The notes under the pieces: generated by a model
Seen by the model: only the letters and a program-made list of their open reading frames with translations
Told to the model about the DNA's origin: nothing
The model's database searches: none
Shown here: in pieces, positions 1 to 9,173 of the stretch
How positions within the stretch are numbered: the stretch's first letter is position 1
Layout: every line of letters starts with the position of its first letter
Made by a program: the position numbers and the translations under genes
Origin: a bacterium
Lineage (GTDB): Bacteria > JACRDZ01 > JAQUKH01
Length of the DNA stretch: 64,000 nucleotides
Direction: 5' to 3'
Assembly (NCBI GenBank): GCA_028719205.1
Contig: JAQUKH010000007.1
Location: 6,254 to 70,253, forward strand

Positions 1-3000
1 AGCGGAAATATACGGTAAAACCCAGCTTACAGTATGACTATCGGCATCATAACTCCCGCCCGAAGATGCTGATTGAAATACTTCTGCGGTATCAAATGTG
101 AAGCTTACTGCTACACTATCTGCGGATACAAAACCATCATTTCTATATTCGATCCAATAAGAAACAAGTTGACCCGGGCTTGCATTTACCGGCCCCCAGA
201 CATTGACCTTTAAATTATGAGCCATCGCCAGGTCAACACTTTCCAGTGTCAGGTTCAGAGTTCTCGGGGATTGGGTTTCATCCAAAATAGCAGTAGCAAT
301 TCCAGAGATCGGGCCGACAAAAATACCCTTCATAAAATCTTTATTCTCAGAGGCAGGTTTATTGTAAGCCCATCCATACCCTGCCCCTGATCCAGAATTA
401 TAGGAGACAATCGTGAATCCCTCTTTATAATAAGGATTACTTTCATCTGTTACTCTGACCCGGGTCAAAACAGTATTTAAAATACCTGAATAATCGCCGT
501 ATACATTACCTTCGATATTAGTTTGTAACAAGCCAAGCTGAACTTCGGTAAACACTGATGAACTATTGTAAGTAACAATCCCATTAAGATTAACATTTAT
601 TGAAACAGCAATACCATCCAGACGGTTAATTTTCCAGACAGCTTCATATTTATTATAAATGCCGCTTCCTGGAGACAACTCAGTCAAATAACCCTCAACT
701 GCGGCTGATACTCTGCCGGTTATTGTGCCTTTCATGTATATTTTATTTTCCGATAACTTATCAAATATCATGCCCTGCCATTCTCCTGAATACGGGTTAC
801 CTTCAACTAAAGCTTCGAATTTCCCTTTTGAAAAGCCTTTGCCGGCAAAAGAACCGGTAGTTATTTTTATTATTTCAAATTCAGTGAAATTAAGCGAACC
901 TGTCACTCCACCGGTTACTGCAACATTATTAAGACATGCTTTTTTAACAGACAGATGCGAAAATATTGTGGTATCTGTAAAATATTTCTCTTCGCCGGGC
1001 GGCGCGGAGGCTTCAGTAACACTTACAAAAGCACCTGCCTCCTGAATTGCACCGTCATTATCAGTTACTCTTACTTTTACATTGAACACACCGGAAGTAT
1101 CATAGATTTTATCTATAGTGTTTCCATAGGAACCCATTTCATAATTTCCATCACCATTTAGATCCCATTCATAGTTTGCAATATAACCATCAGGGTCAGT
1201 TGCTTCAGCTGTGAAATACACATATAAAGGTACATTCCCTGTGTCTGGATTTACATTTAAACTGACGCCGGGAGGTGTATTTATGATATTAATAACCGTA
1301 GTATCACTTGCTGACGCTCCAATATTATCTGTTACTTTGACTTTGACATTATATACTCCCGAAGCGGGATAGGTATGGCTTATAGTACTCTCATAACTGA
1401 TCACATCGAAATTGCCATCACCATCAAAATCCCATTTATAACTTGCAATATGTCCATCAATATCAGAAGCATTCGCGGCAAAATCTACTTTCAATGGCGC
1501 GTAGCCAGAATTTAGATTCGTATTTAAAGTTACTGCTGGAGGCCGATTTGATATATTAACAGGCTTAACATCCATTGCTGTTTGACTATCATTATCTGTT
1601 ACTCTAACTTTAGCATTGAATATACCGGATTTTAAATATGTATAACTTATTGTGCTTTCAAAAGTAGATGTATCAAAATTCCCGTCTCCGTTAAAATCCC
1701 ATTCATAATTTGTGATATTTCCATCAATATCAAAAGCCCTTGCGGTAAAACTTACAGGCAATGGCACAACACCTGAATCAGGGTTTACATCTAATGTTAC
1801 GGCCGGTTCTCCATAATTCAAGATATTAAAAGCATTATAATTAATTCCTTCTTCGGCAAAATCAACTACTTTAATATTATAACTGCCGCGCATAAACCCA
1901 TTTGGTATTACAGTATTAATAGTATTATTATCAATAAAATTTACCGGCCAGCACATGGTCCCAGCACTAAATTTATCAATTATCTGTAAGCCCGTATGCT
2001 GATTGACAACATAAACGTACCTTCCTGCTAAACTAACTGTATTGCAGGCCCATGAACCAGAACTAGCTCCACCCAAAGTTGTAACTACTGTACCATTATA
2101 TAAATCTATTACTTCCAGACCGTATGGCCCGCCGACATACGCATAATTACCATCTACATCTACTCCGTGATAACCGGCATTTTTATAGATAGAACCTGCC
2201 GGAAGAGGATTAAGAGGATCACTTATGTTAATTATATCCAAGCCCTGTGTTGTTGCAACATACGCATAATTCCCTGATACATGTAATCCTTGTGCCCCGC
2301 CGGAAGTGATTACACTGCTCTTTATCGTTGGATTGCCTGGAACACTTATATCTATTACCTGCAAGCCTGCAGCTCCATATGGTACATACAAATAGTTTTC
2401 TTTGATACATGGATTATACCCGCCGTATGCCGGCCCAGGAATAACTAAACGATTGCCCAGAGTTGGATTAGATGGAAAGGTTATATCTACAACCTGTAAT
2501 ATTCCTTCACCGGTATAATTAAAACCTGTAACATACGCATAATGTCCTGATACAACTACTCCTATAACATTATTAACAGGAATATCTATATTGCTAATAG
2601 TAAACGGGTCTTCTGGATCACTTATATTAACTATTTGTAATCCAGTATGGGAACCTGGTACTGCGTAAGAACCATTAACCACTATAAACACCTTATATTG
2701 TGCTATATACAATCCGTTTCCTCTACCAGTGGTTTCAACCGATCTTACATATGCCGGATGAAGAGGATCACTCATATTGAATATTTGTAACGAACTTTCT
2801 TTACCGTTTGCAATATACGCGTAATTCCCTGAGATCTGATGATAGGTCGAACCCGGCGAGCCTGCGTTAGCGACTATGCTTGGATTAACCATAACACCTA
2901 TATCTATTATCTGTAATCCTGCGCTTTCTGAGAGTACATACACATAATTTCCCTCAACATATATTGATATAGCCGGACTTGGTATTGGTATATTTCTTAT

Positions 3001-4002
3001 TAATATTGGATTTAATGGATAACTTATATCTATTATCTGTACAACGCCATTCGCATCCGCCACATACGCGTAATTCCCTGCCACATATACATCACTAGCC
3101 GGGCCTGTTATATTCACATTACTGATCTTAAACGCATTTTCAGGGTCACTTATATCTATTACCTGTAATCCTGTTGGGCCTGCCGGATAGGTATATGCAT
3201 AATCAGAAACCGCCGCATACGCGTAATTTCCAGATACATATATTCCTTTTGCGGAACCGATATTGGCCACACTTTTTTCTGTATGCGGAATCACCGGATT
3301 ATTTATATCTATTATATGTAAGCCTGTAGAGGTTGCCACATAAGCATAATTACCTTCAATATACACATCTTTTGCGGAACCAATACCAATCACACTTGCT
3401 GCCATATACGGATTTTCAGGAGAACTTATATCTACTATTTGTAAACCTGAATATGTTGCCACATATGCATAATTTCCTTTTACGCATACTCCTAATGCGC
3501 TTCCGGACAAACTTGCACTACCTACAATTATTGGATTCAAAGGTTCACTTATATTTATTATCCGCAGGCTTGACCCTATATCGGTGTATGGATACCGGCT
3601 GGATATAACATACGCATAATTGCCGCTTATATATAATCCATTAACTGAATCTTCAATATGCATATTGACCGCAATGTACGGTGCTTTTGTATTACTAATA
3701 TCTACTATTTGTAGTCCTTTATACTCATCTCCATAATACGCGTAATTACCTTTAACATGTAATCCCCCATGTGTATATGATGATGTAGTAGAATCACAAG
3801 CACTTCCTGCTATATATGCGCCGCCGGCACTGATATATATTCTGGAATTATTAGAAAAATTTTCACCGTTTATTGTAATGGGAGTTGTTGAATTATTATA
3901 ACCTAGATCAGGAGTAACTGAATTTATTACAGGAGGCTGGGCAAAAACAGAATTTAAACTTAATAAAATACAAATTAATAAATAATAAAATTTCTTTTTC
4001 AT
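1..4002 (-). CDS. Secreted LVIVD-repeat beta-propeller / PKD-domain cell-surface protein (C-terminus runs off the window; over 1330 aa visible)
   Basis: ATG at 4002..4000 follows GAGGGG. The N-terminus MKKKFYYLLICILLSLNSVFAQ looks like a signal peptide. The frame stayed open in every stretch I checked down to position 1; it is missing from the ORF track because no stop lies in the window. It has many copies of GNYAYVA..GLQI(I/V)DIS.P..P (LVIVD-type repeats), then three PKD-like modules (YEWDFNGDGNFD). Confidence 0.8.
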   Translation of the reverse strand, partial: MKKKFYYLLICILLSLNSVFAQPPVINSVTPDLGYNNSTTPITINGENFSNNSRIYISAGGAYIAGSACDSTTSSYTHGGLHVKGNYAYYGDEYKGLQIVDISNTKAPYIAVNMHIEDSVNGLYISGNYAYVISSRYPYTDIGSSLRIINISEPLNPIIVGSASLSGSALGVCVKGNYAYVATYSGLQIVDISSPENPYMAASVIGIGSAKDVYIEGNYAYVATSTGLHIIDINNPVIPHTEKSVANIGSAKGIYVSGNYAYAAVSDYAYTYPAGPTGLQVIDISDPENAFKISNVNITGPASDVYVAGNYAYVADANGVVQIIDISYPLNPILIRNIPIPSPAISIYVEGNYVYVLSESAGLQIIDIGVMVNPSIVANAGSPGSTYHQISGNYAYIANGKESSLQIFNMSDPLHPAYVRSVETTGRGNGLYIAQYKVFIVVNGSYAVPGSHTGLQIVNISDPEDPFTISNIDIPVNNVIGVVVSGHYAYVTGFNYTGEGILQVVDITFPSNPTLGNRLVIPGPAYGGYNPCIKENYLYVPYGAAGLQVIDISVPGNPTIKSSVITSGGAQGLHVSGNYAYVATTQGLDIINISDPLNPLPAGSIYKNAGYHGVDVDGNYAYVGGPYGLEVIDLYNGTVVTTLGGASSGSWACNTVSLAGRYVYVVNQHTGLQIIDKFSAGTMCWPVNFIDNNTINTVIPNGFMRGSYNIKVVDFAEEGINYNAFNILNYGEPAVTLDVNPDSGVVPLPVSFTARAFDIDGNITNYEWDFNGDGNFDTSTFESTISYTYLKSGIFNAKVRVTDNDSQTAMDVKPVNISNRPPAVTLNTNLNSGYAPLKVDFAANASDIDGHIASYKWDFDGDGNFDVISYESTISHTYPASGVYNVKVKVTDNIGASASDTTVINIINTPPGVSLNVNPDTGNVPLYVYFTAEATDPDGYIANYEWDLNGDGNYEMGSYGNTIDKIYDTSGVFNVKVRVTDNDGAIQEAGAFVSVTEASAPPGEEKYFTDTTIFSHLSVKKACLNNVAVTGGVTGSLNFTEFEIIKITTGSFAGKGFSKGKFEALVEGNPYSGEWQGMIFDKLSENKIYMKGTITGRVSAAVEGYLTELSPGSGIYNKYEAVWKINRLDGIAVSINVNLNGIVTYNSSSVFTEVQLGLLQTNIEGNVYGDYSGILNTVLTRVRVTDESNPYYKEGFTIVSYNSGSGAGYGWAYNKPASENKDFMKGIFVGPISGIATAILDETQSPRTLNLTLESVDLAMAHNLKVNVWGPVNASPGQLVSYWIEYRNDGFVSADSVAVSFTFDTAEVFQSASSGGSYDADSHTVSWVLPYISA
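1030..1815 (-). repeat. Three tandem ~260-bp coding repeats (PKD-like Ig modules) inside the surface-protein gene
   Basis: Three successive segments share P.V.L...P.SG..PL.V.F.A.A.D.DG.I..Y.WDF.GDGN....ES.IS.TY..SG.(F/Y)N.KV.VTDN. Boundaries are approximate. Confidence 0.6.
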
Positions 4003-4263
4003 TATTTCCCCTCAATTGTTTTACTTGTTTAATATAGATAAAAACACCGGCCACAACTCGCGTTTTTATTCACATTTAAAATATCCTCCTTTCTTTAAAT
4101 TGAGTTACTTTAGTAATCTGATTTTTCATTTTACGCCTCAAAAGATATATGTCAAGAAAAAATATTTAGTAATATTAAATAAAATTTATAAATAATGAAT
4201 ATATATAAGGTGCATTATATTGAGATCACAGTTGATTAGGATATGAACATTCTTAATAAACCA

Positions 4264-6564
4264 TCAGCACTTAGAATATCCGCAAGACTGGCACTTGACG
4301 CAGCCTTCTTCATGACGGAGTACTTCTCCGCAATCGGGGCACATACCCACGATAGTCATACTTGAATTTTTTTTATGAGTATTACCTTCATCGTTATAGG
4401 CATGTTTCATAGTAAGCTCAGTTTCATCGGGCATAACCGCGGCATTTAGTGCAACACCATTCATTAGCCTTTTTTCAATAACACGCGTGATCGCGTCCGC
4501 GCAGGAGAAAATCCTCTGGCCCTTATCCCATGAAGGACTGGGGCATCGTATATTACGCAATTGTTCAATAATAGATTCTACTTCTATACCTGAACGGAAC
4601 GCTAAAGATACAAGCCTGCCGATCGCCTCTAATTGTGACGCGGCGCAGCCCCCCGCTTTCCCCATTTGAGTAAATAATTCAAAGGGCATTCCTGCTTCGT
4701 CAATATTTATCGTAATATAAAGATTCCCGCACCCGGTTGCAACCTTTGTAGTAGTTCCAATTATCATTTCCGGACGGGGACGAGGAGCAATTTTCCCCGG
4801 AGCCAGCTCCTTCTGTTCCTGCACTTTCTCTTTACGAGCGATATTTAAAACCTGCTCTTCGCGGCTGCGGTCACGATAAATGGTAAGACCTTTGGCCCCT
4901 GATTCGTACGCCAGGATATACGCGCTTTTCACATCTTCCAGTGAAGCTGAATGAGGAAAATTAATTGTTTTGCTCACCGCGTTATCGGTATATTTCTGGA
5001 AAGCCGCCTGCATACGCACATGGAATTCAGGACTGATATCATGAGCGGTAACAAATACCTTTTTGACATCATCAGGAATACCTTCAATATCTTTAAGCGT
5101 CGCCGACTCAGCAATCTTTTCCATTAATTCTCTGCTATAGAATTTGCGTTCTTTCGCCACCTCTTCAAACAACGGGTCAACCTCCACAAGCTTATCATTA
5201 TCCATCACGTTGCGATAATACGAGATAGCGAACAAAGGCTCTATTCCGGAAGAACACGGGCCGGCAATAATACTTATTGTACCTGTAGGTGCGATAGTAG
5301 TTAAAGTGGCATTGCGCATTTTCGTCGAGCTATCTCTCCTGGCATATATACTGCCGCTAAAAGAAGGAAATACTCCTTTAATTTCCGCGAGTTCCTGAGA
5401 TCTTTTTCGCGCCTCAGTTAAGATAAAAGACATTAATTTATCAGCAAGCGATATTGCCTCCTCTGAATCATACGGGATACCTAAGCGTATTAATAAAGTT
5501 GCCCAGCCCATTACGCCTAATCCGATCTTACGGGTGTTTTTTGTAGCATTATCTATTTGCAATAATGGAAGTTTATTTACATCAATAAGATTATCCAGAA
5601 AATGCACAGCTAATCGTGTTACTTCTTTCAACCTCTGCCAATCGACTTCAAAACCTGCTTTATCAGCAGTATTTCTATATATTAAAGATACATTAACCGA
5701 TCCCAAAACGCAGCTTTCATAAGGGAGCAAAGGCTGTTCACCGCAAGGATTTGTGCTTTCAATAGATCCCAAGTCAGGCGTGGGGTTATATTTATTTATC
5801 CTGTCAATAAATATTACACCCGGTTCGCCGTTCTTATGCGCCTGTTTAACAATTAAGTCAAATATTTCTTTCGAATTAAACTTTCCGGCTGATTTTTTTG
5901 TATGAGGGTCAATTAAATCGTAATCTTCACCTTTCTTTAATCTGTCCATGAAATCATCCGTAAGAGCGACAGAAATGTTAAAGTTGGATATCTCCTTATT
6001 ATTTTCTTTGCAGGCAATAAATTCCTTAATATCCGGATGATCCACTCTTAAGATCCCCATATTCGCGCCCCGGCGGTTTCCGCCCTGTTTCACCGCCTCC
6101 GTTGCCGCGTCATATACCTTCATAAAAGAAACCGGGCCGGACGCCACGCCGCCGGTAGTCTTAACTACAGAATTCTTCGCACGAAGCTTTGAGAAAGAAA
6201 AACCGGTACCTCCCCCGCTTTTGTGTATTATAGCGGTTATTTTTAAGGTCTCAAAGATAGACTCCATTGAATCTTCTATGGGTAAAGTAAAACATGCACT
6301 AAGCTGACCTAACTCATTTCCAGCATTCATCAAACACGGAGAATTGGGCATAAACTCAAGCGAAGCCATTATTCGGTAAAACGACTCTTCGAGATCAGCT
6401 ATTTCTTTCTGGCTTTTCCCGTATCCCTTTTCCGCCGAAGCCATCACCCTGGCTACCCGTCGAAACATCTCCTCCGGCGTCTCTATAACCTTCCCTGTTT
6501 CATTTTTCTTAAGATACCTGCGTTTTAATACTTTTATGGAATTCTCTGATAATTTTATGGCCAT
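4264..6564 (-). CDS. nrdJ: Adenosylcobalamin-dependent ribonucleotide reductase (class II)
   Basis: 766-aa ORF with the RNR active-site region NPCGEQPL and TIAPTGT. The C-terminus has a Cys4 zinc ribbon, CPDCG..C.KCQSCG. Length and architecture are typical of monomeric NrdJ. Confidence 0.9.
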   Translation of the reverse strand: MAIKLSENSIKVLKRRYLKKNETGKVIETPEEMFRRVARVMASAEKGYGKSQKEIADLEESFYRIMASLEFMPNSPCLMNAGNELGQLSACFTLPIEDSMESIFETLKITAIIHKSGGGTGFSFSKLRAKNSVVKTTGGVASGPVSFMKVYDAATEAVKQGGNRRGANMGILRVDHPDIKEFIACKENNKEISNFNISVALTDDFMDRLKKGEDYDLIDPHTKKSAGKFNSKEIFDLIVKQAHKNGEPGVIFIDRINKYNPTPDLGSIESTNPCGEQPLLPYESCVLGSVNVSLIYRNTADKAGFEVDWQRLKEVTRLAVHFLDNLIDVNKLPLLQIDNATKNTRKIGLGVMGWATLLIRLGIPYDSEEAISLADKLMSFILTEARKRSQELAEIKGVFPSFSGSIYARRDSSTKMRNATLTTIAPTGTISIIAGPCSSGIEPLFAISYYRNVMDNDKLVEVDPLFEEVAKERKFYSRELMEKIAESATLKDIEGIPDDVKKVFVTAHDISPEFHVRMQAAFQKYTDNAVSKTINFPHSASLEDVKSAYILAYESGAKGLTIYRDRSREEQVLNIARKEKVQEQKELAPGKIAPRPRPEMIIGTTTKVATGCGNLYITINIDEAGMPFELFTQMGKAGGCAASQLEAIGRLVSLAFRSGIEVESIIEQLRNIRCPSPSWDKGQRIFSCADAITRVIEKRLMNGVALNAAVMPDETELTMKHAYNDEGNTHKKNSSMTIVGMCPDCGEVLRHEEGCVKCQSCGYSKC

Positions 6565-6612
6565 TTTTCTCCTGAAGGATTAAAGTTATTTTATTTTTAT
6601 TGTAATTTGAAA

Positions 6613-6641
6613 AGTATACGAAACATTAAAAAAGTTGTCAA
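6613..6641 (-). promoter_or_regulatory. Sigma70-like promoter for nrdJ (TTGACA-17 nt-TATACT)
   Basis: On the minus strand, TTGACA lies at 6641..6636 and TATACT at 6618..6613 with a 17-nt spacer, about 50 nt upstream of the nrdJ ATG. Confidence 0.5.
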
Positions 6642-6667
6642 TGGAAAAACTTTATCTTTTTCTATCC

Positions 6668-6696
6668 TTGACAAACCCCCAATATTTTGATATATG
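6668..6696 (+). promoter_or_regulatory. Sigma70-like promoter for the FmdB-family gene (TTGACA-17 nt-TATATG)
   Basis: TTGACA at 6668..6673, 17-nt spacer, TATATG at 6691..6696. AGGAG at 6712..6716 precedes the ATG at 6723. It is divergent from the nrdJ promoter. Confidence 0.45.
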
Positions 6697-6722
6697 TTAA
6701 CTGAGAGAAACAGGAGAATAAA

Positions 6723-7013
6723 ATGCCTACATATGACTATGAATGCCAAAATTGTAAAGATGTTTTTGAAAAATTTCAAAAAATAACCGATAAACCGCTT
6801 GAAACCTGCCCAAAATGCCAGGGAAAAGTTAAAAAACTCATCAGCGGCGGCGCGGGGATTATTTTCAAAGGAAGCGGATTTTACAGTAATGATTACCGCA
6901 GTTCAGGTTATAATAAACAGGCAAAGGCCGAACATACAGCCTCGACACCGGCTCCGGCTTGCCCCAAAAAAGAATCTAAGGCCTGTGAAGGTTGCCCGAG
7001 CGCGAAGAAATAA
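6723..7013 (+). CDS. FmdB-family zinc-ribbon protein (CxxC...CxxC)
   Basis: The N-terminus MPTYDYECQNCKDVFEKFQKITDKPLETCPKCQG is the classic FmdB/CxxC_CxxC_SSSS signature. An AGGAG RBS is present. Confidence 0.8.
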   Translation: MPTYDYECQNCKDVFEKFQKITDKPLETCPKCQGKVKKLISGGAGIIFKGSGFYSNDYRSSGYNKQAKAEHTASTPAPACPKKESKACEGCPSAKK

Positions 7014-8079
7014 TCTTTTCAATTAATTTTATATCTATATTATCTTTTATTATTACTTTGCCTATTTGCACTGGAAGAATAAACCGCGTTTTACCCTGAA
7101 CAAATTTCTTGTCGTGGCTCATTGTTTTTATGATCTCTTTAATATTACCTTTTTTAATTCTCACAGGTAATCCGGTTTTTTCCAATAGCCCTTCTAATCG
7201 TATCAGAACATCTTTGTTACAAAGCCCTAATTCAACAGCTATTTCAGCGGCGCAGGCCATTCCAATAGATACAGCCTCCCCATGGCGGTAGGAATATTTA
7301 CTTGACCCCTCCAGCGCGTGTCCGATCGTGTGCCCGAAATTCAATATAGCGCGTTTTCCTGTCTTATCCAATTCGTCCTCACCTACGATCTTTGCCTTTA
7401 TTTTGTAGCAAGTTACTACTATATCTTCAAGCAGATCATGATCATTTGCCATAATTGATTTGATGTTTTTTTCAAGGAGCGTAAATAAATCCTCATCATA
7501 GATCACGCCATATTTTATAACCTCTGCTAATCCGGATCTTAATTCTTCTTTCGGAAGCGTCTTTAAAACTGCAACATCAGCTAAAACCATTTTTGGCTGA
7601 TAGAAAGCGCCGATAAGATTTTTAATATTCTTAAAATCCACACCAACTTTTCCACCAACCCCGGAATCTACCTGGGATAAAAGGCTTGTAGGCACCTGCA
7701 CGCAATTTATTCCGCGGCGGTAACAAGCGGCGACAAACCCGGCCAGATCCCCTATCACACCCCCGCCCAGAGCGATAATAAATACCTGTTTTCCCAAACC
7801 GTCATATTTTGTGAGTTCCCCTAATAATGACCTCCAGTTATCCAGATTTTTTTCTTTTTCGCCATCGGGTAGAACAATACTTTTTACCTGTATCTTATTT
7901 TTAATCAGAGCTTTTTTCAGCTCTTCGCCATATAGGCGGTTTACCGGTTTATTCGTTATTAAAAGAGCATCTCTGCCTATCCCTTTTTTATTAATGAATT
8001 CGCCAAGCCCCATTAATATACCGCTTCCTACAACGATCTCATACGATCTTTCACCCAGATCCACCTTAACCTTTTTCAT
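6976..8079 (-). CDS. aroB: 3-dehydroquinate synthase
   Basis: 367 aa with GGGVIGDLAGFVAA (NAD binding), VPTSLLSQVDSGVGGK and HTIGHALE metal ligands. Confidence 0.9.
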   Translation of the reverse strand: MKKVKVDLGERSYEIVVGSGILMGLGEFINKKGIGRDALLITNKPVNRLYGEELKKALIKNKIQVKSIVLPDGEKEKNLDNWRSLLGELTKYDGLGKQVFIIALGGGVIGDLAGFVAACYRRGINCVQVPTSLLSQVDSGVGGKVGVDFKNIKNLIGAFYQPKMVLADVAVLKTLPKEELRSGLAEVIKYGVIYDEDLFTLLEKNIKSIMANDHDLLEDIVVTCYKIKAKIVGEDELDKTGKRAILNFGHTIGHALEGSSKYSYRHGEAVSIGMACAAEIAVELGLCNKDVLIRLEGLLEKTGLPVRIKKGNIKEIIKTMSHDKKFVQGKTRFILPVQIGKVIIKDNIDIKLIEKIISSRSGNLHRP

Positions 8080-8131
8080 CAGGCTCCTTATTTATTTTAA
8101 TTTCAATTGTATTAATATTACTATAATTCAG

Positions 8132-8400
8132 GTGCTCTGGCAAATAAATTTTGACGTGATAGCAGAAACTATTTTGGCTTGATTCAAGGCTCGAGGAGCG
8201 TCGCATACCCTCTGCGGTATGTAAGCGACAAGCAACGCAGAAGCAGGTCAAAAGAGTTTCTGCCCTCTGGGAATGCCCATCTTTGGCCAATTTCCGCCTC
8301 ACTCCTCCTTAACGTATCGAGGATACGCCTGCGTCGTCGTTCATTGAAATTATCTCAAATCTAGGCATTCTATCACATCGAAATCTATTTGCCAGAGCAC
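8132..8400. other. GC-rich, hairpin-dense 269-bp element closed by 31-bp imperfect terminal inverted repeats (candidate structured ncRNA or MITE)
   Basis: Left arm GTGCTCTGGCAAATAAATTTTGACGTGATAG (8132..8162) is the inverted complement of the right arm CTATCACATCGAAATCTATTTGCCAGAGCAC (8370..8400). That is 28 of 31 positions, with the first 15 perfect. The interior is much more GC-rich than the flanks and holds several local stems, for example GTCGC/CATACC...GGTATG/GCGAC and CGTATC-CTC-GATACG. I see no convincing ORF. Confidence 0.5.
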
Positions 8401-9173
8401 TAGTCTTTTGTGAATTGAATATTGTTTTTTTCCACCCAGCCTTTTAATCCGTTCGGAAGGATTATTTCAACCCAATCCCCCGAATCATTTTCAATATTAA
8501 CTTCCATACCTTCGTGCAAAATAAATCCTTTTGAATAATTTTCGCCCGGCCCATTTTTAACTTCCACCTCTTCGGCGGTTATTACCGCTTCCAGTTGTTT
8601 ATTATTCAAATAGGATGAAATAAAAAATATTAAGGAGATACTAAAAATAATAAATATTAGATTCCTATAGAATATCGCTTCAGAATCAACATCTCTTTTT
8701 AGAATTGAATAAATCAATAAAGACATAAATAATAAATACAAAATAAGGCACAACAGGGTCCATTCATTTAAAGAAAGGAGAAAAATGACCTTATCCCACA
8801 TTATCTGCGGAACCGGTTTTTCATATTTTATCTGATCAACGATCTTTTCGCGCAGGAATGCTAAATTCGCGAGAATATCTTTATCCCTCGGCGACAATTT
8901 ATACGCCCTTTTATAATTTAAAACAGCCAGCCCCAATTTATTGGTTTTATAGTAAGCGTTACCGAGATTATAATAAACAGTTTTATTTTTTACCCCTGAT
9001 CCGATTACCATTTGATATTTTTCTATGGCACCGGTGAAATCCGATTTCTCATACAGGTTATTGCCGGCTTTAAATACTTCAATTATATTATTATCATCTT
9101 TAGCTGATATATTGCTATTTAAACAAATAACCGCCGTTATAATTAAAAATATATATATTAGTTTTTTTGCCAT
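8400..9173 (-). CDS. batE: BatE-like TPR + C-terminal SH3 domain membrane protein
   Basis: Signal peptide, TPR region (YYNLGNAYYKTNKLGLAVLNYKRAYKLSP), TM segments and an SH3-like tail (GDWVEIILPNGLKGWVEKNNI). It is the last gene of the Bat-type operon. Confidence 0.7.
   Translation of the reverse strand: MAKKLIYIFLIITAVICLNSNISAKDDNNIIEVFKAGNNLYEKSDFTGAIEKYQMVIGSGVKNKTVYYNLGNAYYKTNKLGLAVLNYKRAYKLSPRDKDILANLAFLREKIVDQIKYEKPVPQIMWDKVIFLLSLNEWTLLCLILYLLFMSLLIYSILKRDVDSEAIFYRNLIFIIFSISLIFFISSYLNNKQLEAVITAEEVEVKNGPGENYSKGFILHEGMEVNIENDSGDWVEIILPNGLKGWVEKNNIQFTKD

Noticed and set aside
725-3608. Short ORFs inside the first 4 kb (725..1045+, 955..1161+, 3333..3608+, 2228..2410-)
   Set aside because: All lie within, antisense to, or out of frame with the long minus-strand LVIVD/PKD reading frame, which has a signal peptide, an RBS and coherent repeats. 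Their products are low-complexity with no RBS, so they are shadow ORFs.
1030-3800. Possible CRISPR array or non-coding tandem repeat array
   Set aside because: The periodicity comes from protein repeats (PKD modules of about 260 bp and LVIVD blades of about 130 bp) within one open frame. The repeats are diverged at the DNA level and have no spacer-repeat architecture or cas genes.
6565-6722. Cobalamin riboswitch or NrdR box upstream of nrdJ
   Set aside because: The leader is only about 50 nt after the predicted promoter, AT-rich and unstructured. It has no B12-box-like sequence, and I found no convincing 16-bp NrdR palindrome (only weak ACATATAT-like fragments).
8066-8364. ORFs 8066..8302 (-) and 8179..8364 (+) inside the inverted-repeat element
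   Set aside because: They overlap each other on opposite strands and have no SD. They encode Arg/Ser/Cys-rich sequence typical of translated GC-rich structured DNA. The region is better explained as RNA or repeat structure.
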